A stretch of DNA of 64,000 nucleotides from an uncultured Actinomycetota bacterium (GTDB taxonomy: Bacteria > Actinomycetota > Acidimicrobiia > Spongiisociales > UBA4744), in contig CAVQSB010000007.1 of assembly GCA_963715305.1 (NCBI GenBank), forward strand, positions 123,693-187,692, given 5' to 3'. The position numbers and the translations under genes are program-made. Below the pieces are notes generated by a model. The model saw only the letters and a list, made by a program, of their open reading frames with translations, was not told where the DNA came from and did no database searches. This document shows positions 8,217 through 17,675 of this stretch, piece after piece; position 1 is the first letter of the stretch; every line of letters begins with the position of its first letter.

Positions 8217-10013
8217 GTGTCGCTGACGCTGCTGCTCGTCCTGGGATCGGCGTTTGTTCTCCTGGCGCCCGGTGCGGAGGCCAAACAGAAGTTCATGTCG
8301 GGTTTCGCGCAGGCCTATCCCGCGGCTGCCGGCACTCCGCTCGACTCCTGCCTTCTCTGTCACACCAACCCGGTCAATCCCGGGGAAAACAACCTCAACA
8401 ACTACGGCAAGGACTGGGAAGACGGCGATTTCGGCGACAAGAACTACCTGGAGCCGGCGCTGGTCAATCGTGATTCCGATCGCGATGGAATACCGAACGG
8501 CCAGGAGATTCAGCAACTATCGCTCCCCGGTGATCCGTCGAGCATCGCACCGCCCACCACGACCACCACGGTGCCCGGTGCGCCTCCCAACGGGCAGGCT
8601 CTCTACGCCGCCCGGTGTTCTGTTTGTCATGGTCCCGGCGGCGGTGACCTGAGCGGAACGACCCGGGCGCGGTCGACCTTCATCACCATCACCCTCAACG
8701 GGCAGGGAGGGATGCCTCCGCAGTCGGGCCTTTCAACCGGAGAGGCTGGTGCCATCTGGGACTACGTGACCGGCACGGTCCCCGCCACGACGACGACTAC
8801 CCGGCCGGGAGCGACAACGGCGCCTGCCGGTGGCGCCACCGTGTGGGCACAACAGTGTGCTGCTTGCCACGGGGCCAACGGTGGGGATGTGGTTCCGACC
8901 AGCCGCAGCAATGCACAACTCGTTTCGATCGTCACCAACGGCGTTCCCGGGATGCGGGGCTTTCCCGAATTGGGAACCGCCCAGATCAGCAATGTGGCCG
9001 GCTACCTTCTCAGCCTGAGCGTCCCGCCGACCACCCAGCCCGGTGCCACGACCACAACAACTTCCCCACGGAGCGGTGCCGCCGTCTATGCAGCCAGTTG
9101 TGCTCTGTGCCACGGAGCGGACGGCGGCAATCTACGCGGCCACACGCTGAACCTGTCCCGGATCGTCTCGGCAACAAGCAACGGCGTTGGGACGATGAGC
9201 GGATACGCGAGCCGCCTCAGCGCCGCCGAGATCAATAATGTTGCTGTCTACGTCGCTTCGGTCGGCGCGAGCGCCGGTGTAACGACCACTACCGCGCCAC
9301 CGGGCAGTCCCCTCTCAGGGTCGATGCTGTATCAGCAGAATTGCTCCGCTTGTCACGGTCTCCACGGTGAAGGCGGCCCGGGGGGAGCGGTCGCCGGTAC
9401 GGCCCTGAGCCGTTCCCAAACGATTGGCGTCATCACCGGAGGAGCGAGCGGTATGCCCGGCTACGCCTCGCAACTATCTGCTGGGCAGATCGCCGCCGTG
9501 GCCGATCACGTCCTGGGAATCGCCGGCAGAGACATCGCGGCCGCCGACAGCGCTCCCGATAGAAGCGTGATACCAACGGAGCTCGTCGAAGGACATGCGC
9601 TGTTTGGTCGGTTCTGTGCGGCCTGTCACGGGGTCAACGGTGAAGGCGGATTGGGCGGTCCGGTTGCAGGTATCAACATCGCCGCCGACGAACTTGGCGA
9701 GATCATTCGAGCCGGGGTGGGCTCGATGCCCGGTTTTGCAGATCGGATGAGTGCTGCCGAGGTCGAAGCCCTGGTGGCGTATTCGCAAGCACTCGCCTCC
9801 GGACGGGAATTCGAGGTGGCCGACACCACCACGACGAGCGGGCAGGCGCCCACCCCACGAGACTCTGGTCCACAAGCCCTGGGGGTTTCCGAGCCCGACC
9901 CGTCGACCAGCCATTCAGCCTGGCCGGTCGTTGTGATTTCCCTGGTAGCCGGGCTCATCGCAACCGGCGCTGCTGTGCTCTGGGCGCGTTTGGGCCGCGA
10001 TCTCATCAACTGA
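8217..10013 (+). CDS. Six-heme c-type cytochrome: signal peptide, N-terminal CxxCH + DxDxDG Ca-binding-like segment, five tandem class-I cytochrome c domains separated by Thr/Pro linkers, C-terminal TM anchor
   Basis: GTG start. CxxCH motifs are CLLCH, CSVCH, CAACH, CALCH, CSACH and CAACH. Each repeat has a downstream GMP(G) Met-ligand region. Linkers are TTTTT/PP-rich. The C-terminus is hydrophobic (WPVVVISLVAGLIATGAAVLW). Confidence 0.8.
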   Translation: MSLTLLLVLGSAFVLLAPGAEAKQKFMSGFAQAYPAAAGTPLDSCLLCHTNPVNPGENNLNNYGKDWEDGDFGDKNYLEPALVNRDSDRDGIPNGQEIQQLSLPGDPSSIAPPTTTTTVPGAPPNGQALYAARCSVCHGPGGGDLSGTTRARSTFITITLNGQGGMPPQSGLSTGEAGAIWDYVTGTVPATTTTTRPGATTAPAGGATVWAQQCAACHGANGGDVVPTSRSNAQLVSIVTNGVPGMRGFPELGTAQISNVAGYLLSLSVPPTTQPGATTTTTSPRSGAAVYAASCALCHGADGGNLRGHTLNLSRIVSATSNGVGTMSGYASRLSAAEINNVAVYVASVGASAGVTTTTAPPGSPLSGSMLYQQNCSACHGLHGEGGPGGAVAGTALSRSQTIGVITGGASGMPGYASQLSAGQIAAVADHVLGIAGRDIAAADSAPDRSVIPTELVEGHALFGRFCAACHGVNGEGGLGGPVAGINIAADELGEIIRAGVGSMPGFADRMSAAEVEALVAYSQALASGREFEVADTTTTSGQAPTPRDSGPQALGVSEPDPSTSHSAWPVVVISLVAGLIATGAAVLWARLGRDLIN

Positions 10014-10065
10014 TCGGCGCACCTCCCGGCCGGGTCAACCTATCAACGCCTCGAGGTGTTGGGGA

Positions 10066-10750
10066 CTACTCCGTCTCGCACTCGGTGAGCGCCGCATCCA
10101 TAATGTCGATAGCCCGACCCAGTTCCTCCATCGTCGTGATCAAGGGGGGAATGAACCGGATCTCGTTGTCATCGGGTCCGCAGCCGATCACGAAAATTTC
10201 GGTTTCGAATGAGTACCGGGCTACGAAGCGTATCGCCTCTGCGTCCAGCTCGCGCGACTCGCGATCCTTGACCAGTTCGATCCCGATCATCAGACCAAGT
10301 CCCCGAACCTCACCATCGGTGCTGTGCGCGACCTGCATTTTGTTGAGCCGCTCAAAGGCGTGCGCCGACAGTAGCGAGCGTGAGGAAGGAGTCCCCCCAT
10401 GGTGTCGATGACGGCACCAACAGCGGCACAGGAGACCGGGTTGCCCCCGAAGGTATTCCGTGGGAGCCGACCAGCCATCGGTCCATGACCTCGGCGGACC
10501 CGCCGAGGATATTCGCTGTGAAGTTCAGAACTGCCGGCTCACTGTCCTTGACTGCGGCGGTGAGGTCATACCCGTGGAGATGCACTGAATCGGGGGGGGG
10601 GGGGGGGGGGGAATCGGATCGGACGCGGACTTCGATGGTGTCGCCTTGTGATACTTCCGCTCGTCGGACACCGCCCTCGACTGCACCACCCCGGACTCGA
10701 TAGCGACGTCGGTTCTGGTGTGATGCCTGTGCGGCAACCTCGACCGACAC
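10066..10750 (-). pseudogene. Remnant of a class-III (PLP) aminotransferase C-terminal ~230 aa, at least two frameshifts, N-terminal ~200 aa missing; contains poly-G tract
   Basis: Fragments in three frames: ...ILGGSAEVMD, ...TFGGNPVSCAAVGAVIDTMGG and ...FERLNKMQVAHSTDGEVRGLGLMIGIEL. Frame changes sit at C6 (10393-10398) and C5 (10444-10448) runs. Sequence 10612-10795 has no aminotransferase similarity. Confidence 0.6.
10592..10611. repeat. 20-nt poly-G homopolymer flanked by direct repeat gaatcgg
   Basis: The sequence is ctgaatc-G20-aatcggatcgg. On the minus strand it would encode PPPPPP. Confidence 0.9.
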
Positions 10751-10795
10751 TGAGGCAGCTACGGGTTGGTCGCCGAACCCATATGAGGTTCGGGC

Positions 10796-11812
10796 CTAGA
10801 CGAAACGAACACCATGATCCCGATCTGCCGTGACTTCTCCAATGACCCAGCTGCGGTGCCCATGGTTGGTGAATACGGCCTGAACGTCTGCGGCTCGCGC
10901 GGAAATCGCAATCACCGCGAAACCGATCCCCATGTTGAAGGTGCGAAACATCTCTTCTTCGGAAACCGAACCGAGGTCCTGGAGGTAACGGAAGATGGGA
11001 GGGACCGTCCAGGCCGTCCGGTCGACGATCGCGCCGCACCCGGCCGGCAAGATGCGGGGCAGATTTCCGGGGAGGGCTCCGCCGGTGATGTGGGCGAGTC
11101 CACGTACCGCTCCGGTTGCCACTGCGTCCAGGACGGCGGGGGCGTAGATCACGGACGGTTCGAGGAGAACCTCACCCACCGGGTTGCTACCACTGCACGG
11201 GCTTTCCAGGTCGACATCTTTGAGCACAGCCCGAACCAGCGAGAAACCGTTCGATCGCAGGTTGGGACTCTCGACTCCGATGATGGAATCGTTCGCTCCG
11301 ATCGATGTGCCCGTGATCTCCTCGCCTTCTTCGACGATCCCCAGGGCGGCACCGGCCAGGTCGAAGGCATCGGTCGCCATGACCCCAGGGTGAACGGCGG
11401 TCTCTCCCCCCAGCAGCGCGCAACCTGCCATTGAGCAACCCGCCGCCACCGACTCGATGAGGGTTTGATCCCGATCTGGCTGCAATGCTCCGACCGCGAG
11501 ATAGTCGACGAACGCGAGCGGGCGAGCCCCAACGGCCGCGAGGTCGTCGACGCACATCGCGACGAGATCGAATCCGAGGCCTGAGAAGCGATTGGTCGCG
11601 CGGGCCAGCTCGATCTTGGTCCCGACCCCGTCCGTGCTCATCATGAGCACCGGGTTCCGGTAACCGGCAGGAATCCGAATCCCGGCGGCGAACCCACCGA
11701 AACTGCCGACAACCTGGTCGCTCCAAGTCTGCTGCACGGCGGGGCCGATCCGCGCTACCAACTCGTCGGCTGCATCGAGATCGACGCCGGCTTCCCGATA
11801 GGTGGCCATCAC
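10796..11812 (-). CDS. purM: Phosphoribosylformylglycinamidine cyclo-ligase (AIR synthetase)
   Basis: 338 aa. PurM motifs are present (AGVDID-like N-terminus, GVGTK). Confidence 0.9.
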   Translation of the reverse strand: MMATYREAGVDLDAADELVARIGPAVQQTWSDQVVGSFGGFAAGIRIPAGYRNPVLMMSTDGVGTKIELARATNRFSGLGFDLVAMCVDDLAAVGARPLAFVDYLAVGALQPDRDQTLIESVAAGCSMAGCALLGGETAVHPGVMATDAFDLAGAALGIVEEGEEITGTSIGANDSIIGVESPNLRSNGFSLVRAVLKDVDLESPCSGSNPVGEVLLEPSVIYAPAVLDAVATGAVRGLAHITGGALPGNLPRILPAGCGAIVDRTAWTVPPIFRYLQDLGSVSEEEMFRTFNMGIGFAVIAISARAADVQAVFTNHGHRSWVIGEVTADRDHGVRFV

Positions 11813-13377
11813 CGGTCGCTTTCGAGGGCAAGCTTGTGCCCATTGGTCGGGAGGCTGGTGGGGTAGTCACCACTCAGGCAGGCAGTACAGAAGCCATGCC
11901 GGGCCGCTCCGGTGGCCGTGAGCAAACCTTCGAGCGACAGATAGGCGAGTGAGTCGCAGGCGAGGTACGCGCCGATCTCCTCCACTGTTTGGTGGGCGGC
12001 TAGGAGTTTGGACGGGTCGGAGGTATCCATGCCGTAGAAACAAGGCCATCGATACGGAGGCGAGGAGATGCGCAAGTGGATCTCTCGTGCGCCGGCTTCG
12101 CGCACCATCGCCACCAGCTGCCGGGTTGTTGTTCCGCGGACGATCGAGTCGTCGACCAGAATCACGCGTCTGCCTTCGAGCGTGGCCGGAATCGGATTGA
12201 GCTTCAGCCTGATCCCTCGATCGCGCAGCATCTGGCTCGGCTCGATGAACGTACGCCCCACATATCGATTCTTGACCAGACCGTCGGCGTAAGGGATGCC
12301 GCTCGCTGCCGAGAACCCCTGCGCCGCCGGTATCCCGGACTCCGGAACGGGGACGACCACGTCACCATCGACCGGCGATTCAGTGGCCAGGACACGTCCC
12401 ATGGTCTGACGGGCCGCGTGGATGTTCTGTCCGTTGAGGAGGCTGTCCGGTCGGGCAAAATAGACAAACTCAAAGACACACAGCCGGGGTTCGGCAGGAG
12501 CGAAGGGCCGGAAGCTGCGCAGGCCGGAAGCGTCAACCACCACCATCTCTCCCGGTTCGACGTCCCGGACAAAGGTCGCTCCGACCAGGTCGAGTGCCGC
12601 AGTTTCCGACGCGAATACCCAGCCGCCCGCTGCCAGCCGGCCGATGGACAGTGGCCGGAAGCCGTGAGGATCGCGCACGCCGATGACATGTCCCTGGTCC
12701 ATGGCAACCAGCGAGAAGGCACCTGCGAAGGCGGGGAGAGCCTGCACCATGGCCCGTTCCAGTTGGCGCCCATCCGCCCGTTCGTCCTGGACTTCGAGAG
12801 CGATTGCCTCCAACATCAATTCCGAATCGCTCGACCCGGCCTGGGGGCCGATCCGCCCGCTGAGTTCGAGAGCGTTGGTGAGGTTGCCGTTGTGGCCCAG
12901 GGCCAGCCCCGTGGAACCCACCTGTCGAAAGGCGGGCTGAGCGTTGTCCCAGGTCGTTGAACCGGTGGTCGAGTAGCGAGTGTGGCCGATCCCGAGGTGG
13001 CCCGGCAGCCCGGCCAACGATTTCTCGTCGAAGACCTGGCTGACCAGGCCCATGTCCTTGGAGACGGTCACTGTTTCGCCGTCTGAGACACCGATTCCGG
13101 CGCTCTCCTGGCCCCGATGCTGGAGGGCGAGGAGCCCGAACGAGATGAGGTGAGCGGCGTCGGTTTCGGGTGCGTAGACGCCAAACACCCCGCAGGCCTC
13201 ACCGGGCCTGGAGGATTCGGCGAAGTTGGAAGTGGTCAGCGCTGGCTCCAAGAGCGCGGATTGTAGGCAGGTCGGAACGCGTTCGAGATGGCCTCGCTCT
13301 CCGTCGAGCGAGGGAAACGCCCGCCGCAGACCGAGATGGCGGCAACCGCTGCCGGGAACCGACTTAACTTGTCTCAT
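11809..13377 (-). CDS. purF: Amidophosphoribosyltransferase; true start probably downstream of 13377 (propeptide before catalytic Cys at 13192-13194)
   Basis: It has the ...EACGVFGVY... Ntn Cys and a PRTase motif (VILVDDSIVRGTT). It overlaps the purM start by 4 nt. Confidence 0.85.
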   Translation of the reverse strand: MRQVKSVPGSGCRHLGLRRAFPSLDGERGHLERVPTCLQSALLEPALTTSNFAESSRPGEACGVFGVYAPETDAAHLISFGLLALQHRGQESAGIGVSDGETVTVSKDMGLVSQVFDEKSLAGLPGHLGIGHTRYSTTGSTTWDNAQPAFRQVGSTGLALGHNGNLTNALELSGRIGPQAGSSDSELMLEAIALEVQDERADGRQLERAMVQALPAFAGAFSLVAMDQGHVIGVRDPHGFRPLSIGRLAAGGWVFASETAALDLVGATFVRDVEPGEMVVVDASGLRSFRPFAPAEPRLCVFEFVYFARPDSLLNGQNIHAARQTMGRVLATESPVDGDVVVPVPESGIPAAQGFSAASGIPYADGLVKNRYVGRTFIEPSQMLRDRGIRLKLNPIPATLEGRRVILVDDSIVRGTTTRQLVAMVREAGAREIHLRISSPPYRWPCFYGMDTSDPSKLLAAHQTVEEIGAYLACDSLAYLSLEGLLTATGAARHGFCTACLSGDYPTSLPTNGHKLALESDR

Positions 13378-13621
13378 GGCCGGCTATTGCTTCCGATGTG
13401 ATGCACCCGCCGACGGCGACGTGTGTTCCCGCTGCGGGTCTTCGCTCTACCGCGGGGAAAAGCAGGCGCCAGAGAAGAGTCCCCGCCGCCTGACGGTCGG
13501 CGAGGTTCCCCCAGACCGACCGATCGGCGTCGGCCGTTGGGCCGTGATGGCCTTCCTGGCCGTCGCCGTGCTCCTGCTGGTCATTGCGATCCTGGCCGGC
13601 GCCTTCGCCGGAGTGACGTGA
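13376..13621 (+). CDS. Small zinc-ribbon membrane protein (MAGYCFRCDAP...CSRCG ... one TM helix)
   Basis: 81 aa from ATG 13376. It has CxxC...CxxC then a hydrophobic stretch (WAVMAFLAVAVLLLVIAILAGAFAG). Its N-terminus resembles the 21624 gene N-terminus. Confidence 0.4.
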   Translation: MAGYCFRCDAPADGDVCSRCGSSLYRGEKQAPEKSPRRLTVGEVPPDRPIGVGRWAVMAFLAVAVLLLVIAILAGAFAGVT

Positions 13622-13639
13622 AACCGTTGGCCCGACGGC

Positions 13640-15816
13640 TCACCCCATGCGGCGGGGGAGGGCGGTTCGCCACACGGAAGTCGCCTCTTTCAGGCTGACG
13701 AACGCTTCGCCCAACCGGATCTGATCTCCACCGAAGGTCCCAATGCGATGGATGGGCACTCCCGCTTTCATTGCCAAAGCCGCCACGGAGTCGGCGTGTT
13801 CCGGATCAACCGCAGCAATGAGTCGGTGGGGATCTTCAGCGAACCAGTTACCGGTCCATTCGGTGGTGACCCCGACACCGGACATCATGGCTACCTTGGC
13901 GACGGCCATTCCCAGGCCGCCTGTGGAGAGGTCGTGCAAGACAGGGGTCATGTCGGTGGTGGCCAGTTGGGTGGCCAGGCTCGTGAGGCGAATGGCCATG
14001 ACCGGGTCGGGCTCTGACGGACGGCCGCCGATCGTTTCCTCCACCACCTTCTGAAAGACGGTCCCGGCCACGTCGGTGGAGGTGGTGGGTCCGAGCAGCC
14101 ACAAGTCCATGCCGGAAGCTGCCCGGTCCAGACGCGGCGGATGTTCCGGGTACGGATCGGCCAGGCCGATCAGCCCGACGATCGGCGTTGGATAGATATC
14201 GACCCCATCCGTCTCGTTGTAGAAGGAGACGTTGCCGCCAACGACCGGTATCGCGAGGTGCTCACAAGCCTCCGAGATACCGTCGATCGTTTCGGAGAAC
14301 TGCCACATGACCTCGGGTTTCTCCGGATTCCCGAAGTTGAGGTTGTCGACGACGGCCATAGGCCGAGCCCCGGTCACAGCTACGTTGAGTGCAGCCTCGT
14401 AGACGAGGCGGGCACCGCCGCGCCGTGGATCCAGGTAGCAGCGACGACCATTACCGTCTGTCGTCCCGGCCAGCGCCTTCGTCGTTCCCTTGATACGCAG
14501 CAACGTGCCGTCGTGTCCCGGACCGATCACGGTGTTGAGGAACAACATGTGGTCGTACTGCTCGTAGACCCAGGCCGGGTCGGCCAGCGACGGGTCATCC
14601 AGAAGTGTCAACAATCCGGCTGCCACATCCGGTTGATCAACCGGCCGATTTCGCGCCCACACTTCATCGAGCCAATCCGGCCGCCGGAGAGGTCGGTGGT
14701 AGACCGGGGCATCCTCCGACAGCGACGCGGCCGGGACTTCTGCGACCAGCTCACCTCGTTCGAAGACCCGGAGCAGGCCGCCGGAGGAGACCGTCCCGAC
14801 GCGCTGACGCGTCGATTTCCCATTTGGCGGCGACGGCCAGGACTTCGTCGACGTCGGCGGGCGCAACGAACGCCATCATGCGTTCCTGCGATTCGGACAT
14901 CAGGAGTTCGGCCGGCGTCATGCCCGGCTCTCGCACATGAACTCGTCCCAGATCGACCTCCATGCCCATTCCCGATTTGGCGGCCGGTTCGGAGGTGGCG
15001 CAGGACAAGCCCGGCTGCTCCCAGGTCCTGAATGCCAACGACCAGGCCCCGCTCGTACAGTTCGAGGCACGCCTCGATCAGCTTCTTCTCCTCGAAGGGG
15101 TCGCCCACCTGGACGGACGGGCGTTTGGCCGTGCCGGCATCGTCGAAGCTCGCTGAGGCGAGGACGGAGGCGCCGCCGATACCGTCCCGTCCGGTGGCGG
15201 AACCAAGGAGAACAGCCTCGGTGCCTGCACCTCCCGATTCGGCAAGTACGAGTTGCTCGCGCCGGAGGATGCCGAGGGCCATCACGTTGACCAGCGGGTT
15301 GCCTGCGTAGCAATCCTCGAAGGCGATTTCACCGCCGACGGTCGGCACCCCTACCGCGTTTCCATATCCGGCGATTCCCGCGACGACGCCGGCCAGCAGG
15401 TAGCGGTTGTGAGCATCGTTGAGCGACCCGAAACGGATCTGATCCCATACGGCGATGGGCCTGGCTCCCATCGTGAACACATCGCGAAGAATGCCCCCCA
15501 CACCGGTGGCCGCACCCTGGTGAGGTTCGACGAACGACGGGTGATTGTGGGACTCGATCCGGAAGGCGGCCAGCCAGCCGTCGCCGAGATCGATGACACC
15601 GGCATTCTCGCCGGGACCGACCACCACCCACGGTGCCTCGGTGGGGAACCGCCCCAGGTGGGGACGGGAGGATTTGTACGAGCAATGCTCGGACCACATG
15701 ACCGAATACATGGCCAACTCGGCGTCCCGGGGAGGGCGGTCGAGGATGTCGCACACCGCCGCGTACTCGCCGTCGGTCATCCCGAGCGCCCGGTGGAGGG
15801 GTGTTTGGTCAGACAT
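13640..15816 (-). CDS. purL: Phosphoribosylformylglycinamidine synthase II (PurL); split by at least 2 frameshifts (~14795-14870 and ~14995-15040)
   Basis: ORFs 14608..15816, 14751..15038 and 13640..14866 together give a full-length PurL (…SEHCSYKSS…, …GLSCATSE…KWEID…, …VAEVPA…). Confidence 0.85.
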
Positions 15817-16508
15817 ACGCGGCGGTCATGCTCATGGCAAACGATTCCATCAGCACACGGCCGTCGGCCGACCCGAGCACCTGCTCGATGGCCCGCTCCG
15901 GATGCGGCATCAGACCGGCGACGTTGCCTGCGTCATTCGTGATGCCGGCTGTGTTGCCGAGCGATCCGTTCGGGTTGGCCTCGTCGGAGACCTCGCCCTG
16001 CCGGATCCGAATAGCGCAGCACGATTCGGCCGGAGCGGTCCATGCGGGCGAAGGTCGAAGGGTCGGTCGTATAGCTTCCCTCGTACGAATTGAGCGGCAG
16101 TTCGAGGACCTGTCCGATCCGGGCCGCCCGCGTCAAGATGGAGTCGGTCGAGGTGACCCGGAGATGAACCGGCCGGCAGATGAATCGGAGCCCGGCATTC
16201 TGCAGCAGAACTCCCGGTAGGAGACCGGCTTCGCAGAGGATTTGAAATCCGTTGCAGATACCGAGGACGGGGACACCCTTCGCGGCCAGACGTTCTACCT
16301 CTTTCATGACGGGTGAGAATCGGGCGATGGCACCGGTCCGGAGGTAGTCGCCGTGGGCGAAACCGCCCGGGAGAACGATCCCCGCGAAGGCACTCAGGTC
16401 GGTTTCGCGGTGCCAGACCAACTCGGCGTCAATGCCGACGGATGCCAGGGCATAGACGCTGTCGTGTTCGCAGTTGGTCCCCGGGAATACGACCACGGCC
16501 GCCTTCAC
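15809..16508 (-). CDS. purQ: Phosphoribosylformylglycinamidine synthase I, glutaminase subunit (PurQ); frameshift near 15990-16040
   Basis: GICNGFQ catalytic Cys. The C-terminal ...[30 protein letters not shown]... is in another frame. Its stop overlaps the purL ATG (ATGTCTGA). Confidence 0.85.
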
Positions 16509-16747
16509 TCCTGAACCACCACCTCGAAGTCTTCCATGACCGGATTGGCCAGCAGACGTTCACACATCGCTCGAACCTCAGCCTCAACGGCGTCGGGGTC
16601 GGTGCCCTGCACTTCCAGTTCGATGGTGCGATTGATCCGAACCTTCCCGACGTTCTCGTAGCCGAGGTCGCGTAGCGCTCGCGCCACGGTGGTTCCCTGT
16701 GGATCGGCAATGTCCGGGCGGCGGCGTATGTGAACCGTGACCTTCAT
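16505..16747 (-). CDS. purS: PurS subunit of FGAM synthase
   Basis: 80 aa (MKVTVHIRRRPDIADPQGTTVARALRDLGYENV...). Confidence 0.85.
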   Translation of the reverse strand: MKVTVHIRRRPDIADPQGTTVARALRDLGYENVGKVRINRTIELEVQGTDPDAVEAEVRAMCERLLANPVMEDFEVVVQE

Positions 16748-17627
16748 GCCGTGCCCGCCAGGTAGTCGTCGAATGGCCTGCCGACGATCCGCTCGTAGGC
16801 CTCCACGTAACGAGCCCGCGTACCGGCGATTACCTCGGCCGGGAGGCGAGGAGGCGGTGGGGAGTGGTCCCATCCGGTCGAGTCGAGCCAATCGCGCACG
16901 TACTGCTTGTCGAACGAAGGGACGGTCGGCCCGGCTCCCACTGGTCGACCGGCCAATAACGCGAGGAGTCGGCGAGTGAGTACCTCGTCGATCAGGACGA
17001 GGTCGCCCCCGACATGACCCGAATTCGAACTTGGTATCCGCCAGGATCACGCCCCGTCGGGCAGCGAACGTCGGAAGCTCGCAGGTAGATGTCGATCGAT
17101 CGGCGGCGCAACTCCTCGTACAGAGGCGTGCCGAGTTGCGTCCTCGCCTCGGCTTCCGTCAGGTTCTCGTCGTGGCCGGAGGCTGCTTTCGTGGCAGGTG
17201 TGAAGATCGGCGCCGGCAGTTGGTCGGCCATCTGGAGCCCGGCCGGGAGATGCTCGGTGGTCGGCCCGCCCCCGGCCCGGTACTCGCGCCAGGAAGATCC
17301 GTAGAGGTAGCCGCGCACGACGCATTCGACGGGAATGACGTCGGCTCTACGGACGATCATTGCCCGGCCCGCCAGCTCCGACCGCTGCTCATCGGTGATT
17401 CCGGAGAGGACGCTCAGGTCGCCGTCGATCATGTGATGCGGAACGTCCAGATAGTCGAACCAATGCAACGAGAGGCCGGTCAGCACACGGCCTTTGTCGG
17501 GGATCGGGTCGTCGAGGATGACGTCGTAGGCCGAGATGCGGTCGGTTGCGACGAAGAGCAGCCGGTCATCGTCGATCCGGTAGATCTCTCGGACTTTCCC
17601 CGATCCAACGTGGTCGAACGCCAGCAC
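16744..17627 (-). CDS. purC: SAICAR synthetase (PurC); at least 3 frameshifts (~16920-17060)
   Basis: Pieces: 16992..17627 (N-terminal two-thirds), ILADTKFEFG in ORF 16505..17050, and 16744..16956 (PSFDKQYVRDWL...EAYERI). Confidence 0.85.
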
Positions 17628-17675
17628 GGGCGGGATGGTAGCGGCTGGCCGGGGTCCCGCTGCCCGCCCGGAAGC

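Noticed and set aside
8039-8473. Alternative upstream ATG start (8129, MIMARWP...) for the cytochrome gene
   Set aside because: It is in a different frame from the CxxCH-containing ORF. The 8217 GTG start gives a canonical signal peptide (MSLTLLLVLGSAFVLLAPGAEA).
13640-17627. Interpreting the split pur ORFs (purL halves, purQ, purC thirds) as separate small genes or as genuine pseudogenes
   Set aside because: The pieces are contiguous, overlap in alternate frames and together reconstruct full-length essential enzymes. Simultaneous loss of purL, purC, purB and dxs is biologically implausible. They are treated as assembly indels.
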